A stretch of DNA of 64,000 bases, taken from NCBI GenBank assembly GCA_903884505.1, contig CAISET010000015.1, positions 10,819 through 74,818 of the forward strand, read 5' to 3'. Both the position numbers and the translations under genes were made by a program. Positions 15,901 through 24,676 of this stretch are shown piece after piece. This DNA is from an uncultured Candidatus Micrarchaeota archaeon. Lineage in GTDB: Archaea > Micrarchaeota > Micrarchaeia > Burarchaeales > Fermentimicrarchaeaceae. Below the pieces are notes generated by a model. The model had not been told where the DNA came from. It worked only from the letters and a program-made list of their open reading frames with translations, and did not search any database. The first letter of the stretch is position 1, and each line of letters opens with the position of its first letter.

Positions 15901-18900
15901 GGGCTACAGGCTGTATGCCAAGGCGACTGGGGCATCCTTCTACGTGAACTTCTGTGATACGAATAATACAGAAGGCCTCGGAGCAAACACAAAGCTCCTT
16001 GAAGAGTCAGTCACAACGACCAGCAGCGGTGGGCACACTTTCTTGCTGAATGTTTCAAGGGTAGGTGGCGCGGCGCACGCCGACCTAACTGACGGCGACG
16101 ACCCATTCTCGGTCTATTCGGGCTCAGGCTGCACCACTCCGCTGAGCAGCGAAACCCTTTACGGCCTTAACCCCGGCACCTACGCAGGAAGCGAAAACTA
16201 CTCGCAATACTACCAAACTTCTGGCGCAGGAAACTATTACCTGGGTGTCGTGGAGGACGGAAACACTTCCTGCATGAGGTTCAGCGGAGGCGTAGCGGGC
16301 TCTAATGATGTAGTGGACATAACAACGAAACTGAGCGGCACCGTGCCAACAGCGATAACCAAGGTTGCAGCGGCGAACGCTAGCGGAGACGGCACAATAG
16401 ACGCATTCACAACGGACATAACGGCTGGCGCATACGCACTTTACATTCCATCAGGCTCAGCAACATCTAGCGCACTTGCGTACGAAGGCGCAACCCTCAG
16501 GCTGAACCGGACGAAGGACCTGAGCGTCAGCGACGCGAACTTCGACGTTAATGAGGTGCACGGTGACAAGTCCCTGCTCCACTCGGATATCAGGGGCGGC
16601 ACGTGGTACATCGAAGTCTGGAATACGGGTGGAGGCAAGGTTTCTTCCGAGACCGTGGACATGGGTGGAGGCTCCGGAACATACAAACAGTTCTACGAGG
16701 ACCACCTAGGCTACGATATCCGGATTTACAATGCGTCGCACGAGCTCGCATACTATGTATACGGTTATAACCCGGGAGTCAGTGGCGGAGACGACCTCAC
16801 TTTTGAGCCGGATACCAAACTCACAACGACCGCGCCTACCGGAATCGCGGCGGTGGAGGCTATAGACAAGACTCGCGATGACTTCACATACCGCGACAAC
16901 ACATCGGCACCCTCAAACCCATACTTCACGATGTACGTTGCGAACAGCACCAGCTATGATTTGAACGCCTACACCGACTCTTTCACCACGCTCGGGCTTG
17001 CGAGAACTGTCGCACTGGGAACGGACAAGGACCTTTCCGGCGGCGACTACGAGTGGATTATCGGCGAGATAACCGGCAACTGCGCGAACATCAATTCAGC
17101 CCTGAAACCTGCCGGAGGCCCTGGAGCGATGCACGTTAAAGTTGTCGACGATTACACCAACATCGGCGGCTGGGCAGAATACTCCTCCCAGACCGTTGAC
17201 CTTGTCACAACCTGTGGGACAAGCCCAAGCTATATGCAGTATTACGATGAGTCCGATGTCAAAAACGCGACAAATGCAGACATCGTTTTCACCATATCGG
17301 GCAGTGACTACTTTGTTATCAAAGATTACGCACCCGCGACCAACCCGGACGTCATGACCCTGGAGCCGCAGTATGAGCTTACAATCGTTGATCCTGGCCC
17401 AAGCGACATACAAAGTGCCAAGTTCAACCTTACGGCAGGCGCGCTTGGAACCGGAACTGCGGCCGTCGAGATTGTTGCGGACGGCTCGGCCAACCTAGTA
17501 CAGCTTTCCAGCATTTACCTGCCAGCCAAGAGCGGATATACCTTCCATGCATACACCGCAACTGACCTAAGCGGCGAAGTCCTGGAGAGGAACAGCAAGG
17601 CTATGGCCGCGGATGACGATTGGAATATCGCGGATGTCACTGGCGCGAATGCAAGCATACACGCAGACCTGGCGGATGGAACGCACAGGATATTTGTCTA
17701 CGCAAACGACGACTCCACAATCGTTTCCGGGATACAAAGCGGAACGCAGTACGCGACCGTAGGGGACTACACACTTTACTACGACGTGGATGATGCGGGC
17801 GCTTCAGCCTACATCCAAGTCACAACCAACACCTCAGCCCTCCTGACCAGGTACAAATACGCGCTCCCAGGTCTGGTCGGCGGCGACTCGCTCACATTCG
17901 AGCCGGACACGCTGCTGAACGTGACCTACCCCGCAAGCCTGAACGCGGGCAGCTTCAGCTACAATGACGGCACGTACAACTATTACATAACGGCAGGAGA
18001 GAATGGCGGGGACACCTACGTCCAGAGCGGCTCGGGCTACAACTTCAGCGCCTACACCGGCGCTGCATGGACGACCGAAGTCCTGCGCAGGGCAGGCAAG
18101 GCCGTCGCCCCGGCTACAACCAGCTGGGACATTGCCGAGGTCACGGGCAACAGCACTTACCTGCACCCATACCTCATAGGGCACCAGGTGAAGATATATA
18201 ACAATACGGATACGGGCATGGTTTCCGGGATAGAGGGCGGACAGCAATACGTTACAATCCCCGCGGCTGGCAACAACTACACGATTTACTACGACGTTGG
18301 CGACGCGGACGGTTCAATGTACATACACATAAACAGCCCTGCGCTGCTGTTAACCCGGTATCACTACAACGGCCCCCAGTTTGCAGGCGCAGGTTCGCTC
18401 ACCTTCCAGCCGGACACGCTGATAAACGTGACTTACCCCGCAAGCATGAACAACGGCAGCTTCAAGTACACCGATTCGGGCGGCTTCGATTATCTCATCA
18501 AAGCAACGGAGAACGGCACCTACGTCGAGGCCGATAAGAGCTTGTACAACTTCAGCGCGTACAGCGATGCCGCATGGTCGGCACTCGAGCTCAACCGGAC
18601 AGGCAAGACGGTCACCGCGCCGACGACCCCGTGGAACATCGCAGACGTTTACTGGAACACTACATACGTGAACGGCGATCTTAGCGGAGCCGCAGCGCAG
18701 CTCGAAGTTTATACGACTGCGGGCAGCCTGGTATCATCCGAAACAAGGACCTTCGACGCAGACGACTACCAGTATTACGAAGTGCCCGATTCCGGGAACG
18801 TGGACTTCAGGGTGTACGACAACCCGGGCGCAGCAGTGCTGTTCTACGCCTACAACTTCACGCCGAGCGCGGCCGGAAACACCATGTTCGAGCCATACTC

Positions 18901-21900
18901 CCCGGTAGTCGCCCATGCCCCGGGCACAATACACAGCTGGGCGATACGTGGCCACAATTTCACGTACCGCGACAACACGACTAGCTTGATAATCTACGTA
19001 GATTATCTCGAAGAGTACTATAACACAGACTACATATACAAGGCTTACACCGGCGACTTTGCTGGAGACGTGCTGTCAATGGGGCCCAAGGACGCGAGCC
19101 TGAATCCCCACTGGTATGTGAACACGGTTACGAACCCATACATACACAACGACCTGGTAGGCTCGGCAAACCTGACTGTCGTTTACCTCAATGCAGGCAC
19201 AGATACCGACTGCGATACCGCAACCGCGCTTTCCTCCCCAACGGACCAGATATGGGCAAACGGAATCAAGAAGTATTATGAGGGAGAAGGAGCGGGAGCC
19301 AAGTACGTCGAGATAAAGGTCACCAATGGTTCGTATGTAACGTGCATCAACACGCTCGGCCTGGAACCTGTAGGCGGAGACCAGAACACGGATTATGACC
19401 TTGACGTGAAGACGAACGGCACTGTGAACAGCGGAATCGTGACCGTCTACATAGACTCGAATCCGACTTCAAATGACGACATCTCGCAGGCAACAGTGGC
19501 GAGCGGTTCGGTGAAGCTCTACAATATCTACTGGGCTGGCGCCAGCCCTGCGGACATAAGCTACAACGATTCAACCACTAAGCAACTGGACCTCACAGGC
19601 AGGAATCTCACCACAAACCCAACAACGATAAACGTCGGTAAGGTTTCAGGACTTTCGCATCCGGACATGACCACCGCGCAGGTCTACTTCGATAGTGCAT
19701 GCAACACAACACAACTGAGCACGGAAACCACGGGCGAGCCGTTTAATGCCAGCGGAACACCCCCATATGCGTACCAGCGGTACTTCGAGGACAACGGGAC
19801 ACAGTACCTCGCCGTGAGCGACGGCGTCCACACAACCTGCGGAACCGGCGGCTTCACCCTTTCAAATGAGGACGCAACAATAAACATGGGGAGGATGGTA
19901 AGCGGGTCGACGCCATCATCAACCTATGATGTGGTTACATGGGGAGGACTCCCTGCCGATGCTGACATTGTTTCTATAGCGGCAAATATGAGCGGAGGCG
20001 CAACTAATGACTTCACAACTTCGCCAGTCTCCACAGGGCCAGCGGCTCCAGACGATTACGTGCTGTTCGTTGACTCGGATGCGCTGGGGCTCTCAACAAC
20101 AATGCTGGACTTCTATGCCAACATTACCCCAACTGGCTTGGTGTTTGACAAGGCAGTAGACCTCTCTGCTTTAGACAACGTGACGAACGTCGCAAAGGTG
20201 GCAGGGCTTGCCGATGCGGGGCTCTGGGGAGGACAGTTCAGAGTGTGCGATGCGATACCTTCCCTTGCAGATTGGGGGGGCTGCACGACATATCTTGATA
20301 GCGTGCCCGTTATGCCGGCGAATGGCAGTCTGGCTACGCTCGACTACGACCTGTTCTTTGAGCAGCCAGCGGTAACAGACTATTACGTCGAGCTCCACAG
20401 TACGGGAGCTTACGGGGGAGCGCCATCATACACATACCACTTAGTTTCCACAACCCAATCCGGAGACTACATATACCAGGACTTTGACGGCGTTGTGTTT
20501 GGAACTGTAAACGAGACCTACAATGCAACAGTGCCGATACCAAACGTTGAGGTGAACGTGTACACTGGCATCACAGATCTCGTAAAGGCTTACACCGATG
20601 CCGCCGGTTACTACGAGCTATACTCCGGGAGCTCCAGTGGCCCGATGTTCATTGGCGAGCCTGCCATGCCTTACGGAGTAGCCTACAACATGAGTTTCCA
20701 GAAGGCAGGTTACGTGACGAGGGACTGGAATACAGATCCTAATGACACAACCGATTATTCGACTCCGTTCGTGGACAGCTCAAGCCCATTGGGCGACTTT
20801 GGAATAAACGGCGCTGCCTATCCCCTCGCTGGTGCCATAGGCCCTGACCGATTATACCTCCAGCTTCTCAGCGGGATAATCGTCAATGTTACGGACCTTG
20901 GAGGAAACCCGATAAACGACGCGACCGTCAGCATATATGACTGCAGCTTCAGCAGCAATCCGGCCGACTGCACTACAATCGGAACGTGCACGAATCCGCC
21001 CGGAGGAGTATTGACTGGCAACTGCACATTGGCAGCAGCAAACAACCCAGATGCATATCCGGGGCAGTACTTCTTCGCCGGGACAACAACACCGGGCGAC
21101 TACGTCCAGATACGGGTTGCGAAGGCGCCATTTGACACGCAGTTTGACCCAGACCCAAATGCAAGCGTCAACAATAATATAGGAGGAGGAGGCGCACTCC
21201 AAGCGCTCGTAAAGACAATACGCATGATAAATCCGGCGCCCAAATGCAGCTTGGAAGTCACGGCACCGGGCGGCATGTCCTACCAAGACAGGCAGTATCT
21301 TGTGGTAGCGAACGACTCCGCAGTCAAATTCGTCGTGCAGTGCGGTGAAGCAGGCCTCGACGTCACCGGAGACATGTCTCCGCTTGGTGGAGACCCGCTC
21401 GTCAGCTTCTACCCCGACTACGCGCTCGGAACCGTTTACAACCACTGGCAAGGCATCAACGCGTCGGACGACACCTACAGGCTACCCATCAACGCCTCCG
21501 ACGGAGTCAACACCTGGCAGGGCCTGGGCTACGTTGAAGTTGACGGCACGCCCCCAGGCATCTACGACTACTATCCCCACGGAGGCACGTTCAACACTAA
21601 GAGCGTGACTTTCGGTGTCTGGACCGATGAGATTGCAGTCTGCCACTACGACACTAACCCCAACGACATCTTCTGGAACATGTCCTACACGATGGCAGGC
21701 GACGGATCGCAGCACACCGGAATGGTCTATGCCGACAATGGCGCAAACACGGTTTACGTAAGATGCGCAGACCGCTTAGGCAATGCAATGAACACAAGCC
21801 AGGAAATAAGCTTCAACGTCGACGCAGTGGCGCCAAGCGTAACCAACGTAAGCCCGGCATACCTCATCAAGCCGTACAATGCAACCAACCGGGGCAACGT

Positions 21901-23287
21901 CTCCATAATGACGGACATGGACGCGGATTGCAGGTGGGACGCGGCCGAGATGAACTATACCAACATGCCCCTTAACCACAGCTTCAACACTACGGGTGGC
22001 CACTGGGCCAACCTTGCGAACGCAACTCCGGGCCAGGGCCTCAACATGTTCTTCATCCGCTGCAGGAGCAAGGGAGGAAGCGCAATCGAGATGAGCTCGT
22101 CAGCGCTGTTGGCCTTCAACTATGACACGATTCAGCCCACGATATACGGGCTGGGCTGGTATCTGGACGATGGGGCGCAAAAAATGTACCTGGACTTTGC
22201 GTCCGATGAGCCGCTCGACCTGAGCTCGCTCGCCCTGACATTCAACAACACCCCGATGACCCATGACGGCGGCAACGGCATGAACTTCGTATACAGCTTC
22301 AACTACTCTGCACTCCCCGATGGGACCTACGAAGTCAACATGACGTCATGCAAGGACCTTGCGGGCAACATATGCGTGCAGAGCGGCGTGCTACTCGGCG
22401 AGTTCCCATTCGATGTGACAATCGACAGGGCGGCGCCCGCTATATCCGGTGTCGGCTACAACGCGAGCACGTGGAACCTTACTGCCACGACCAATGAGAG
22501 CGCGACCTGCAAGTGGTCATGGGCGAATGAGGACTACTGGGACATGCCGAATGCAATGACCGGGTCGGGCACGGGCCACTTCGCATTGGTGCCACTGCCT
22601 GAAGGGTCATACAACATCTACATCAAATGCGCGGACGGGTCATACAACGTCGGCAACTATACCTACAGCGTGAGCGTGGATACGATGCCGCCGGTGATAA
22701 CCGCCTCGAGCCCGACCGGCGTAATCGCAACGAGCTCGCCAACGCTCAACGTGACGACGAATGAGGCGTCAATCTGCAGGTATGCAACCAGCGCGTTCAA
22801 CTATGACGCGGGCGGCATTCTGATGGACAACACAACGAGCGGGCTTGTGCACACGAAGCCGCTGAGTGGGCTGAATGACAGCACCTATCTCTACTATGTG
22901 CTCTGCCGCGACGCTGCAGGGAACACGATGGCTTCGCCGCTGCCCATAACCTTTGTCATAGACACCCGCGGCAACTTCAACTACACCTATGACCTGAGCG
23001 TGGGCTGGAACAACTTCTTCCTGCCGAGGATAGTCCTCCAGAACTTCACCTCGCTTGGAGGAAACTACACGGTCAAGAACGTGCTCGAGACAAAGGGCGG
23101 ACTGACAAACACGAGCTACAACATGCTGTATTACAGGAACGCCACTTCGTGCCCGGCGCAGAACGGAAGCTGCTGGAGGTCGTATGTGCCCGGAGACACG
23201 GCGAACGACCTGACGGAGTTCAACGACTGGGACAACCTGCCTTACTGGATACACATGCTGCTGGCAGACAGGCTGGAGATACCGTAA
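12962..23287 (+). CDS. Giant secreted cell-surface protein (~3440 aa; adhesin/S-layer-associated type, heavily N-glycosylation-sequon rich). Alternative starts are GTG 12917 and ATG 13046.
   Basis: Single 10.3-kb ORF. The N-terminal signal peptide is MLLVPVLLIIFSLSASA. Composition is biased to N/T/S/G/Y/D with very frequent N-x-S/T sequons. There are at least 6 internal ~170-300-aa repeats (e.g. GGDSLTFEPDTLLNVTYPASLNAGSF / GAGSLTFQPDTLINVTYPASMNNGSF) and C-terminal ~95-aa Cys-bracketed domains (C(R/K)(W/Y)...Y(Y/L)YV(L/K)CxDxxGN). Confidence 0.8.
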   Translation: MKNKKNRGGAGDTASQTADCVFSSAGKAMLLVPVLLIIFSLSASAAVSFRGDWPNDGNSYRVEIYDLGQASPCDNESDNGTLLAGSGNIQGNDQFDSNDEYLLPLSLTSSGNLYIYFCNSADNTTLVSYVRNTTAGSNVELDFGKVVGTAATNNDLGSKYVHVCDALNGGTNIASSSALTAADGSYTQYYYLDEPSVATGGTNIPNLYIFFDNDNSNKCTFDATKIAGLHVIPSTQLPYNYGVNISYSPGTKLSSNAHADIMASGYLKVQRAAGDNEFVGMTGELTGGAGAYNLYYQNPATGTLTVYVYTGAVPDTTPEEIITGLANGASGNALDLSVRISGSVPSDVATVTTTIGGLTYNVSTIAGTPKTYNLYIPTGQAPAIAFKDAGGATLFTYNYGASVGSDDTLNVGKLYGNVHANLDGAGNTIQVFEDSACTANGSIESLAVVPHTANSPDYVAYFADGKNSTGPDYWVGINDSGYTICGNGFQLSSEERNMDFTSLITGTVSAGIYTAGAMALDADDDGVYSAGDPFTTHFDTSHNYELYVNSSGSHNILAFSTVAGGYPGTLELNISKTIAVDTTFNVGQVDWQAANVSADLTGASAVCGTGACWLSVYNGTSDVSSKTKTFAADGSQFYAVPAGTVDFQIWGDGGLVSYVSGYTPDADYRVTFEPGYNVTMTAPAGMIWAITGGGTFANYSSNAAGEQIYVDKSEEELPTTYTYSAYTTSPTTLRLSWGSKDASTDATWEVDKVSGASPAILDVSGSDTGDIQVASNLTACRAGTFVSSELVQPASGNYAQYYEGSAATYYVRARYAKAGTGNFDSCVKFSGSGGGASDTAGLVEVTGTVPSTSLGVKDLTEVGADNAELSGWTTANDSGDDATTLSFYSNVYHLVSLKDTAATTAHVRFYISGPGVALITQEDLALAGSSTTVNVDDIRGNVPALLDTAVLEGSTASGEICGGTPPIPGSKVAVATASDPGYRLYAKATGASFYVNFCDTNNTEGLGANTKLLEESVTTTSSGGHTFLLNVSRVGGAAHADLTDGDDPFSVYSGSGCTTPLSSETLYGLNPGTYAGSENYSQYYQTSGAGNYYLGVVEDGNTSCMRFSGGVAGSNDVVDITTKLSGTVPTAITKVAAANASGDGTIDAFTTDITAGAYALYIPSGSATSSALAYEGATLRLNRTKDLSVSDANFDVNEVHGDKSLLHSDIRGGTWYIEVWNTGGGKVSSETVDMGGGSGTYKQFYEDHLGYDIRIYNASHELAYYVYGYNPGVSGGDDLTFEPDTKLTTTAPTGIAAVEAIDKTRDDFTYRDNTSAPSNPYFTMYVANSTSYDLNAYTDSFTTLGLARTVALGTDKDLSGGDYEWIIGEITGNCANINSALKPAGGPGAMHVKVVDDYTNIGGWAEYSSQTVDLVTTCGTSPSYMQYYDESDVKNATNADIVFTISGSDYFVIKDYAPATNPDVMTLEPQYELTIVDPGPSDIQSAKFNLTAGALGTGTAAVEIVADGSANLVQLSSIYLPAKSGYTFHAYTATDLSGEVLERNSKAMAADDDWNIADVTGANASIHADLADGTHRIFVYANDDSTIVSGIQSGTQYATVGDYTLYYDVDDAGASAYIQVTTNTSALLTRYKYALPGLVGGDSLTFEPDTLLNVTYPASLNAGSFSYNDGTYNYYITAGENGGDTYVQSGSGYNFSAYTGAAWTTEVLRRAGKAVAPATTSWDIAEVTGNSTYLHPYLIGHQVKIYNNTDTGMVSGIEGGQQYVTIPAAGNNYTIYYDVGDADGSMYIHINSPALLLTRYHYNGPQFAGAGSLTFQPDTLINVTYPASMNNGSFKYTDSGGFDYLIKATENGTYVEADKSLYNFSAYSDAAWSALELNRTGKTVTAPTTPWNIADVYWNTTYVNGDLSGAAAQLEVYTTAGSLVSSETRTFDADDYQYYEVPDSGNVDFRVYDNPGAAVLFYAYNFTPSAAGNTMFEPYSPVVAHAPGTIHSWAIRGHNFTYRDNTTSLIIYVDYLEEYYNTDYIYKAYTGDFAGDVLSMGPKDASLNPHWYVNTVTNPYIHNDLVGSANLTVVYLNAGTDTDCDTATALSSPTDQIWANGIKKYYEGEGAGAKYVEIKVTNGSYVTCINTLGLEPVGGDQNTDYDLDVKTNGTVNSGIVTVYIDSNPTSNDDISQATVASGSVKLYNIYWAGASPADISYNDSTTKQLDLTGRNLTTNPTTINVGKVSGLSHPDMTTAQVYFDSACNTTQLSTETTGEPFNASGTPPYAYQRYFEDNGTQYLAVSDGVHTTCGTGGFTLSNEDATINMGRMVSGSTPSSTYDVVTWGGLPADADIVSIAANMSGGATNDFTTSPVSTGPAAPDDYVLFVDSDALGLSTTMLDFYANITPTGLVFDKAVDLSALDNVTNVAKVAGLADAGLWGGQFRVCDAIPSLADWGGCTTYLDSVPVMPANGSLATLDYDLFFEQPAVTDYYVELHSTGAYGGAPSYTYHLVSTTQSGDYIYQDFDGVVFGTVNETYNATVPIPNVEVNVYTGITDLVKAYTDAAGYYELYSGSSSGPMFIGEPAMPYGVAYNMSFQKAGYVTRDWNTDPNDTTDYSTPFVDSSSPLGDFGINGAAYPLAGAIGPDRLYLQLLSGIIVNVTDLGGNPINDATVSIYDCSFSSNPADCTTIGTCTNPPGGVLTGNCTLAAANNPDAYPGQYFFAGTTTPGDYVQIRVAKAPFDTQFDPDPNASVNNNIGGGGALQALVKTIRMINPAPKCSLEVTAPGGMSYQDRQYLVVANDSAVKFVVQCGEAGLDVTGDMSPLGGDPLVSFYPDYALGTVYNHWQGINASDDTYRLPINASDGVNTWQGLGYVEVDGTPPGIYDYYPHGGTFNTKSVTFGVWTDEIAVCHYDTNPNDIFWNMSYTMAGDGSQHTGMVYADNGANTVYVRCADRLGNAMNTSQEISFNVDAVAPSVTNVSPAYLIKPYNATNRGNVSIMTDMDADCRWDAAEMNYTNMPLNHSFNTTGGHWANLANATPGQGLNMFFIRCRSKGGSAIEMSSSALLAFNYDTIQPTIYGLGWYLDDGAQKMYLDFASDEPLDLSSLALTFNNTPMTHDGGNGMNFVYSFNYSALPDGTYEVNMTSCKDLAGNICVQSGVLLGEFPFDVTIDRAAPAISGVGYNASTWNLTATTNESATCKWSWANEDYWDMPNAMTGSGTGHFALVPLPEGSYNIYIKCADGSYNVGNYTYSVSVDTMPPVITASSPTGVIATSSPTLNVTTNEASICRYATSAFNYDAGGILMDNTTSGLVHTKPLSGLNDSTYLYYVLCRDAAGNTMASPLPITFVIDTRGNFNYTYDLSVGWNNFFLPRIVLQNFTSLGGNYTVKNVLETKGGLTNTSYNMLYYRNATSCPAQNGSCWRSYVPGDTANDLTEFNDWDNLPYWIHMLLADRLEIP

Positions 23288-23338
23288 GGTTCTCCTTCCC
23301 TTTCATTTTTATCATTCATTCTGGATTGGGGTGAGTAA

Positions 23339-24661
23339 ATGGTCAGAAACGGGATGTTGGTATTCGCCTTCCTGCTAGCAAGCGCGCTTCTTGTCTCTGC
23401 GGACGTCGGGGTGGGTGACTGGACGGGCAATCTGTTCATCAACGGAAACATTGCCCCTTCAAATGCCGACGGCATTCCGATATGCGCCTACGTTGGCAGC
23501 AGCTCCACGCCCAATGACGACACCACGGTGGGCGCCGAAGCGAGCGGCTATTACCTGCTGCATGTTTTTGCTTCTGCCGGCGAAAATGTCAATTTCAGGG
23601 TGTTCTGCGAATATCCCGTGAATGAGAACCCCCAGGCTTGGAGTGCAAGCCCGCCAAGGCATTACCTCAACCTCACAATAACCCACACGACTCCCCCAGT
23701 CATAACCGTGATAGCGCCCATCGGCAGCAGCGTGCCATCCGGCAGTGTTGCGATGATTGTTGCCACTGACGAGCATGCGACATGCAGGTATTCGACCACG
23801 CCGGGAGTGGCATACGGGAGCATGGCTTCGGCAACCACCTCAACGCTTGGTACCACGCATACATGGGCCATCTCCGCGCCTGCAGACGGCACGGTTTACA
23901 CCTACTATGTTAAGTGCAGGGACCAATTCGGCTTCATCAGCAGCGATGCAACGGTAAGCTTCACCACGGCGGGAGGCGGAGGAGGCGGCGGAGGCGGTGG
24001 CGGCGGAGGAGGCGGTGGAGGCGGCGGAGGCGAAGCCGGACCCACGCCAACGCCACGGCCAGGTGCGTCCCCGGGAGCAAGCCCTCTGCCTCCGGGATGC
24101 TCCCTACTCGGGGGCCAGTGTGCCGATGCAACCGACTGCTGTGATGCCGGCGCGACATGCGCGAACTACGTCTGCACCCAGCCGCAGATAACTCCCACGC
24201 CCAGCGGCAGGTTCGTGAACCTCACAGTCCCTGGAACAGTCACCGTAAATTCGACCGTGCGCCTGCACGTGACAGACGCGGTGACCGGGGCATCGATCGC
24301 GAACGCGACCGTGACAGTGACGACGCCGAGCGGTGAGCTGATAACCCTAGTCACGGATTCATACGGGGCTGCCAGCTTCTTTGCAGCCGAAATCGGCCTT
24401 TACAACTACGGCATCATCGGCTTCAGGTTCTCCATGCCCAAATCAACAAATTCGCTGGCGCCGTCCGGGCCTGGCGCAACGCCTACGGCCGTCCCGAGCA
24501 TCACCCCAAGCCCAAGCCCGACGCCTGGCGGAGGCGGATTGCCGCCCTGGGCAGGGCTGGCTGCGCTCGTTGTGGTAGTCTTAATGGTCGCAGTTGCGGC
24601 TGCGGGCGCGTTCATCCTCGCCCACAGGCACCACGGGCGCAAGCAGAAAAAGAAGAAGTAA
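23339..24661 (+). CDS. Membrane-anchored surface protein. Signal peptide, then the same Cys-bracketed domain as the giant protein, then Gly22 tract, P/T linker, Cys-rich knot, and a C-terminal TM helix with a basic tail.
   Basis: 440 aa: MLVFAFLLASALLVSA signal; TCRYSTTPGVAYGSM...YTYYVKCRDQFGF domain; GGGGGGGGGGGGGGGGGGGGGG; ...TPSPSPTPGGGGLPPWAGLAALVVVVLMVAVAAAGAFILAHRHHGRKQKKKK (PGF-CTERM-like sorting-signal architecture). An RBS-like ggggtgag lies before the ATG, suggesting an operon with the giant gene. Confidence 0.7.
   Translation: MVRNGMLVFAFLLASALLVSADVGVGDWTGNLFINGNIAPSNADGIPICAYVGSSSTPNDDTTVGAEASGYYLLHVFASAGENVNFRVFCEYPVNENPQAWSASPPRHYLNLTITHTTPPVITVIAPIGSSVPSGSVAMIVATDEHATCRYSTTPGVAYGSMASATTSTLGTTHTWAISAPADGTVYTYYVKCRDQFGFISSDATVSFTTAGGGGGGGGGGGGGGGGGGGGEAGPTPTPRPGASPGASPLPPGCSLLGGQCADATDCCDAGATCANYVCTQPQITPTPSGRFVNLTVPGTVTVNSTVRLHVTDAVTGASIANATVTVTTPSGELITLVTDSYGAASFFAAEIGLYNYGIIGFRFSMPKSTNSLAPSGPGATPTAVPSITPSPSPTPGGGGLPPWAGLAALVVVVLMVAVAAAGAFILAHRHHGRKQKKKK
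23972..24037 (+). repeat. (GGN)22 simple-sequence tract encoding a poly-Gly22 linker
   Basis: ggaggcggaggaggcggcggaggcggtggcggcggaggaggcggtggaggcggcggaggc, in frame within the 23339 gene. Confidence 0.8.
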
Positions 24662-24676
24662 GCAGAGGGGTTACAC

